DNA of 64,000 nucleotides from a bacterium (GTDB lineage Bacteria; UBA8248): NCBI GenBank assembly GCA_965213685.1, contig CBDBZY010000014.1, positions 1 to 64,000 of the forward strand, read 5' to 3'. Shown piece by piece: positions 60,028 to 64,000 of this stretch (position 1 is its first letter; each line of letters starts with the position of its first letter). The notes under the pieces were generated by a model. It saw only the letters and a program-made list of their open reading frames with translations, ran no database searches and was not told where the DNA came from. The position numbers and the translations under genes were made by a program.

Positions 60028-60670
60028 TTCCCGGGCTCCGGGAACGTTTCTTTTTTCATCCCTCATGCTGCTGGGCCTCCTGGCCGGGGGCTGCGCCTCT
60101 CCCCAAAAGGCCTGGGAGAGGACGAAATCCACCGTGCAGTCCGCATACGTCCAGACGCGCAAGTCCATTGCGGGGACGCTGATCTCCATATCCGAATATC
60201 AGCGCAGAAGCGCGCAAGAGCGGCAACCGCCCGGAAAGGCGAAAGGCGCGACCGACGCGAGTGCGAAAGCGGAAAGGAAAACCGCCCGGGGAGCGGCCGC
60301 GCCGCATTTCCAGGATCGGTTTCCCTCCAGAGTCCACCCGCCTCGGGAGGAAACCCTGCGGCCCGGGAAGCCTCGGCGAACCGCCCCCCGAACCACGCGC
60401 GGTGCGGAGGCGAGGGAAACTCTCGCGCCGCCCCACTCCGCCACGTCGCCCGCAGAGTGGAGGCAGCGCATCCGGGAGGTGGAGCAAAAGCGCATTCGCT
60501 CCGGGGATCCCGCCGAAAGGCGCAGGCTGGACGGTGAGCGCAAGCGACTGGAGCGGCTTTTGCTCCGCTCCCAAAGGGAGGAGAATATCATCGAACAGAT
60601 GGGGCGACTGCGCCGCAGGCTGAGAAAACTGCAAAAAGATTTGCTCCATCTCCAACAGGAGGGCCGCTAG
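60008..60670 (+). CDS. Hypothetical protein, probable lipoprotein with a C-terminal coiled coil
   Basis: Hydrophobic stretch ending LLAGG-C; charged helical C-terminus; overlaps the hflX stop. Confidence 0.55.
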   Translation: MSGPPTNSRAPGTFLFSSLMLLGLLAGGCASPQKAWERTKSTVQSAYVQTRKSIAGTLISISEYQRRSAQERQPPGKAKGATDASAKAERKTARGAAAPHFQDRFPSRVHPPREETLRPGKPRRTAPRTTRGAEARETLAPPHSATSPAEWRQRIREVEQKRIRSGDPAERRRLDGERKRLERLLLRSQREENIIEQMGRLRRRLRKLQKDLLHLQQEGR

Positions 60671-60680
60671 GCAGCGGGGT

Positions 60681-60713
<33 letters not shown>

Positions 60714-63434
60714 CTATCCTTGCGGGTGCCCCGAGAGCGTCACCAGGCACTCCGCCCCCGGCTTCAGGAAACGGCGCGCGGCCTCTCTGGCGGAATGGAC
60801 GTCCACCCGCTCCACCTGGCCGATCGTCTCCTCCAGCGTCTCCCACCCCACGCCGTAGGCAAAGCCGAACGCCAGGTCGGACGCTCTGGCGGAGGCGCGC
60901 TGGTGACTGCGGGACAACCCGCCGATGAGATACGCCTTCGCCCGGCGCAATTCCTCCTCCCCCAAACCTCTCAGGCGGAGGCGGGCCACTTCCTGGCGCA
61001 TCAGGTCGACCGCCAGTCGCTCCTCCCCCGGAAGCGTGGCCGCGTAAATCGAGACGGGCCCCGGGTCGAGGAACTCCTGGGCGGAAACGCTCACGTCGTA
61101 GGCGAGCCCGCGCTTCTCCCGCAACTCCCAGAAGAGCCCTCCCGCCTGGCTCCCCAGAGCGGCCGCAATGACGGCGAGCGCATGTCTGGCGGGATCGCGA
61201 AAGGTCGCTCCCAGAAAGGACATGTGAATATGGCCTTGCGACACACCCTCCAGGGCGTATGAGCGAGAGCGCCGCCGCCGAGGACTCCTGGGCTGTGCCG
61301 GCTGGAGAAAGGAAATGTCCCGCGGCGCCTCTCCCGCCCAGGGCGCCAGCATCCCGGGGAGGCGCTCCGCCAGATACGACGCATCGAAATTGCCGGCCGC
61401 CGCGATGACCAGATGGGCGGGGGACGCCCGCCTGCGCCACTCGCGCCGCAGGACGTCCCGGCGGAAGGCGGCTATCGTTCGGGAAGTTCCGAGCGGATGG
61501 CGGCCCAGCGGATGTCTTCCGTACAAAAGCTGGTGTCCCTTGAATCGACAGTATTGCCCCGGGTCGTCCATCTCGCTGTCGCGCTCCGCATCCAGCTCCG
61601 CCCGGACGAATTCCACGTCCTCCTCATCGAAGGCGGGCTCCGATATGGTGTCGGCGAATTCCCGCGCGACCTCGGGCAACACGTCGCTGAGGCCGGCGGC
61701 CGTCAGCCCGAAAGTGTCCCTCCCCGCAAACCCGTCGATGCTGGCGCCCCAACCCTCCACCTTTTTCTTGTGCGCGGACGATGGGCTGCTCCTCGTGGCC
61801 AGAGGCGCGACGGACATCATCAGGGCGTGCAGTCCGCTCTGGCGGGCGGATTCGTTTCTTTGTCCCCCCCAGAACACCGCGCGCAGAGAGAATACCGACG
61901 GGCCGCCTCCGGGCAGCATCACCAGGCGCCCGCCGCCCGGCAGCTTCGTCTCCGCAGGCTTGTTTCCGGCGCGCGGAATCCTCGGGCTTGCCGGAGAGAG
62001 GCTCCCCGTTCGCATCGGCGAGGCTCCGCGCGCTGAACGGCGCGGCGTCGATTTTTCCGCGACGCCCCGATTCCGGTTCGCACCGCCCGCCACGTCGCGG
62101 AATCCGCTCCATATCGCCTTGCGAATGCTTCGCGCGCCGACTCCGGCCGCCTCCCCCTTCGGGAGTAAGATGCCCGCGGTCAATCGCGCGGGGTCCAGAT
62201 AGCGCCGCGCCGCCTCGGAAACATCGTCCGCCCCTACCCGCATCACCCTTTTCACGTACTTCCGATGATAGTCGGCATCCCCCGTAATCAGCGCCGAATA
62301 GCCCGCGGCGCGCGCCCGCTCCGTCATGCGCTCGCGTCGAAACTCCAGGCCCGTCATATAGTTCATGCGCACCTTCTCCAGCTCCTCCGGGGTCGTCGGC
62401 GCATCCTCCACCACTTCTCTCGCCACGCGAATGATCTGCCCGGCGGCCTTCGCGGCGTTTTCCGGCTCCGCGTATCCGCCCAGGAAAAACAGCCCCGGAC
62501 CGCCCGAGAAGTGGGCCTCGGCGGAAACGTCGAACATGAGCGACGCTTTCAGGCAGAGGCGCTCATACAGGCGCGCGCTTTCCCCCGCCCCGAGAACCAT
62601 GCCCAGCACCTCCAGTGCGGGGGCGTCCCGATGGGTGAAAGGAGGGATTTCAAAGGCGAGGTCCAGGTGCGCCGTCCCCGCCCGGGCGCGACGCACGACG
62701 ACGCGCGGCCCCTCCCTGGGGGGCGTCGGCCCGGGCGCCGGCGTCATCTTTGCGCGCCCGGGATTCGGCCATATCGCGCGCCAGTCCTTTCGTTTTCCGC
62801 GCAATATGGCCTTGGCCTCCGGGACGTCAAAGGCCCCTGCGCACACCAGGACGGCCGAGGAGGGCGCATAGAATTTCCGGTGATAGGCGCTCAACTTCCG
62901 CGCCCCCATCCTCCGCACCGTCTGGCGCGTGCCCAGGATGGCGCGGCCATAGGGGTGCCGATGGCCATACGCCTCGCGATAGAGGTGATGTTGCAGCAAC
63001 TGGTCCGGCTGCTCGTATGCGCGATTCAACTCGGAGAGAATGACCTGCCTCTCCTGGCGAACCTCCTCCCCGTCCAGTCGCGGCCGCCAAAGCGCGTCGA
63101 GGAGCGCCTCGAGGCACGCGGCGAACCGGCCCGGCATCGCTATCAGGTCGTAACAGGTGGATTCGCTCGTCGTGTACGCGTTGATGTCGCCGCCGGAGGA
63201 TTCCGCCAGCGCGGCGAGTTCTCCTACTTCGAGGTTCTGCGAACCCTTGAATATCATGTGTTCGAGAAAATGGGAGATGCCCGCGACCGGCCCCGTCTCG
63301 GTGACGCCGCCAACCGGAAACCACGCCTGCACGCTCACGGCGGGGGCGGCGGGATCCGCCAGAAAAATGCAGGTGGGGCCTCCCCGCATTCGGGAGACGA
63401 GAGGTTTCTCCTCTTCTACGAACCGCTCAGCCAT
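60714..63434 (-). CDS. M16 (pitrilysin/PqqL-like) zinc peptidase, fused two-half form
   Basis: GISHFLEHMIFKGS (HxxEH), INAYT, C-half LREKRGLAY. Confidence 0.9.
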   Translation of the reverse strand: MAERFVEEEKPLVSRMRGGPTCIFLADPAAPAVSVQAWFPVGGVTETGPVAGISHFLEHMIFKGSQNLEVGELAALAESSGGDINAYTTSESTCYDLIAMPGRFAACLEALLDALWRPRLDGEEVRQERQVILSELNRAYEQPDQLLQHHLYREAYGHRHPYGRAILGTRQTVRRMGARKLSAYHRKFYAPSSAVLVCAGAFDVPEAKAILRGKRKDWRAIWPNPGRAKMTPAPGPTPPREGPRVVVRRARAGTAHLDLAFEIPPFTHRDAPALEVLGMVLGAGESARLYERLCLKASLMFDVSAEAHFSGGPGLFFLGGYAEPENAAKAAGQIIRVAREVVEDAPTTPEELEKVRMNYMTGLEFRRERMTERARAAGYSALITGDADYHRKYVKRVMRVGADDVSEAARRYLDPARLTAGILLPKGEAAGVGARSIRKAIWSGFRDVAGGANRNRGVAEKSTPRRSARGASPMRTGSLSPASPRIPRAGNKPAETKLPGGGRLVMLPGGGPSVFSLRAVFWGGQRNESARQSGLHALMMSVAPLATRSSPSSAHKKKVEGWGASIDGFAGRDTFGLTAAGLSDVLPEVAREFADTISEPAFDEEDVEFVRAELDAERDSEMDDPGQYCRFKGHQLLYGRHPLGRHPLGTSRTIAAFRRDVLRREWRRRASPAHLVIAAAGNFDASYLAERLPGMLAPWAGEAPRDISFLQPAQPRSPRRRRSRSYALEGVSQGHIHMSFLGATFRDPARHALAVIAAALGSQAGGLFWELREKRGLAYDVSVSAQEFLDPGPVSIYAATLPGEERLAVDLMRQEVARLRLRGLGEEELRRAKAYLIGGLSRSHQRASARASDLAFGFAYGVGWETLEETIGQVERVDVHSAREAARRFLKPGAECLVTLSGHPQG

Positions 63435-63533
63435 ATCGCATTGAAATTTTGCGGGACCGCATGAAACAGGCCCGCTCCGTCCCGTCGAAAGAAACCCGTT
63501 CGGCACCCCCCGCATCCCGGGGCGGCGACTCCC

Positions 63534-63561
63534 TTGACTTCTCCTCGGCGGAGCGTATCAT
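63534..63561 (+). promoter_or_regulatory. Putative sigma70 promoter of the ferredoxin gene
   Basis: TTGACT-16 bp-TATCAT. Confidence 0.5.
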
Positions 63562-63670
63562 CTCCTTTCGGCAAAGTCATGGAGGGGGCGGCGTCGGTGA
63601 AAACGACCGGCCCCGCTCCCAAAACAAATCCCGAGAGAACACGTTTTGCCCATTTGAAAGAGGGTGCGCT

Positions 63671-64000
63671 TTGGAACACATCAAACGACATGTATTCGTC
63701 TGCATCAACCAGCGTCCACCGGACCATCCGATGGGCTGTTGCCAGAGCAAGGGCAGCATCGAGGTCGCCCAGGCCATCACGGAGGGGATCGGCTCGAGCG
63801 ACCTCGCCGCGGATACGGCCATGGCGGGGGCCACCTGCCTGGGCCCGTGCACGATGGGCCCCACGCTGGTCGTCTATCCGGAGGGCGTCTGGTACACGGG
63901 CGTCAAGGTCGAGGACGTGCCGGAGCTTCTGGAAGAACACCTGCGAAACGGGCGGCCCGTCGAGAGACTGCGGCTCCGGTTGCCCGGAAACCTCGAAAAT
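63671..64000 (+). CDS. Thioredoxin-like [2Fe-2S] ferredoxin (runs off the window end)
   Basis: Own translation: HVFVCINQR...GCC...TCLGPC..GP.LVVYPEGVWY..V...DV.EL.EEHL..G.PV; absent from the ORF track because there is no stop in the window. Confidence 0.9.
   Translation, partial: MEHIKRHVFVCINQRPPDHPMGCCQSKGSIEVAQAITEGIGSSDLAADTAMAGATCLGPCTMGPTLVVYPEGVWYTGVKVEDVPELLEEHLRNGRPVERLRLRLPGNLEN

Overview
This is a 64 kb high-GC bacterial chromosomal segment with about 60 protein-coding genes. No rRNA, tRNA, transposase, integrase or cas gene was recognised. Housekeeping genes (mnmA, leuA, rsmD, pepA, mqnD, leuS, mgtE, hflX, M16 peptidase) are interspersed with many catabolic genes: four MmgE/PrpD paralogs, prpB, glcDEF, three VOC proteins, three cupins, three MFS transporters, an orphan taurine-type binding protein, and a 2-oxoacid dehydrogenase E1a/E1b/E2 operon ending in a CitE-like lyase. 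Several genes carry single-base frameshifts, some at homopolymer runs, most likely long-read consensus errors. The notable items are: (1) an operon pairing an AtzA/TriA-like amidohydrolase with a divergent AtzD/barbiturase-family ring-opening amidohydrolase, both with mosaic active-site residues, next to a heterocycle-catabolism-like cluster; (2) a self-contained ~205-nt transcription unit below the ORF-track cutoff (consensus sigma70 promoter, RBS, 31-aa basic ORF, repeated CUGARA motifs, intrinsic terminator); (3) an AT-rich DnaA-box cluster, a candidate oriC unlinked to dnaA; (4) a decayed M.EcoRV-like methyltransferase remnant; (5) a probable non-canonical ATC start for hflX. All family assignments rest on motif recognition by eye; no searches were run.
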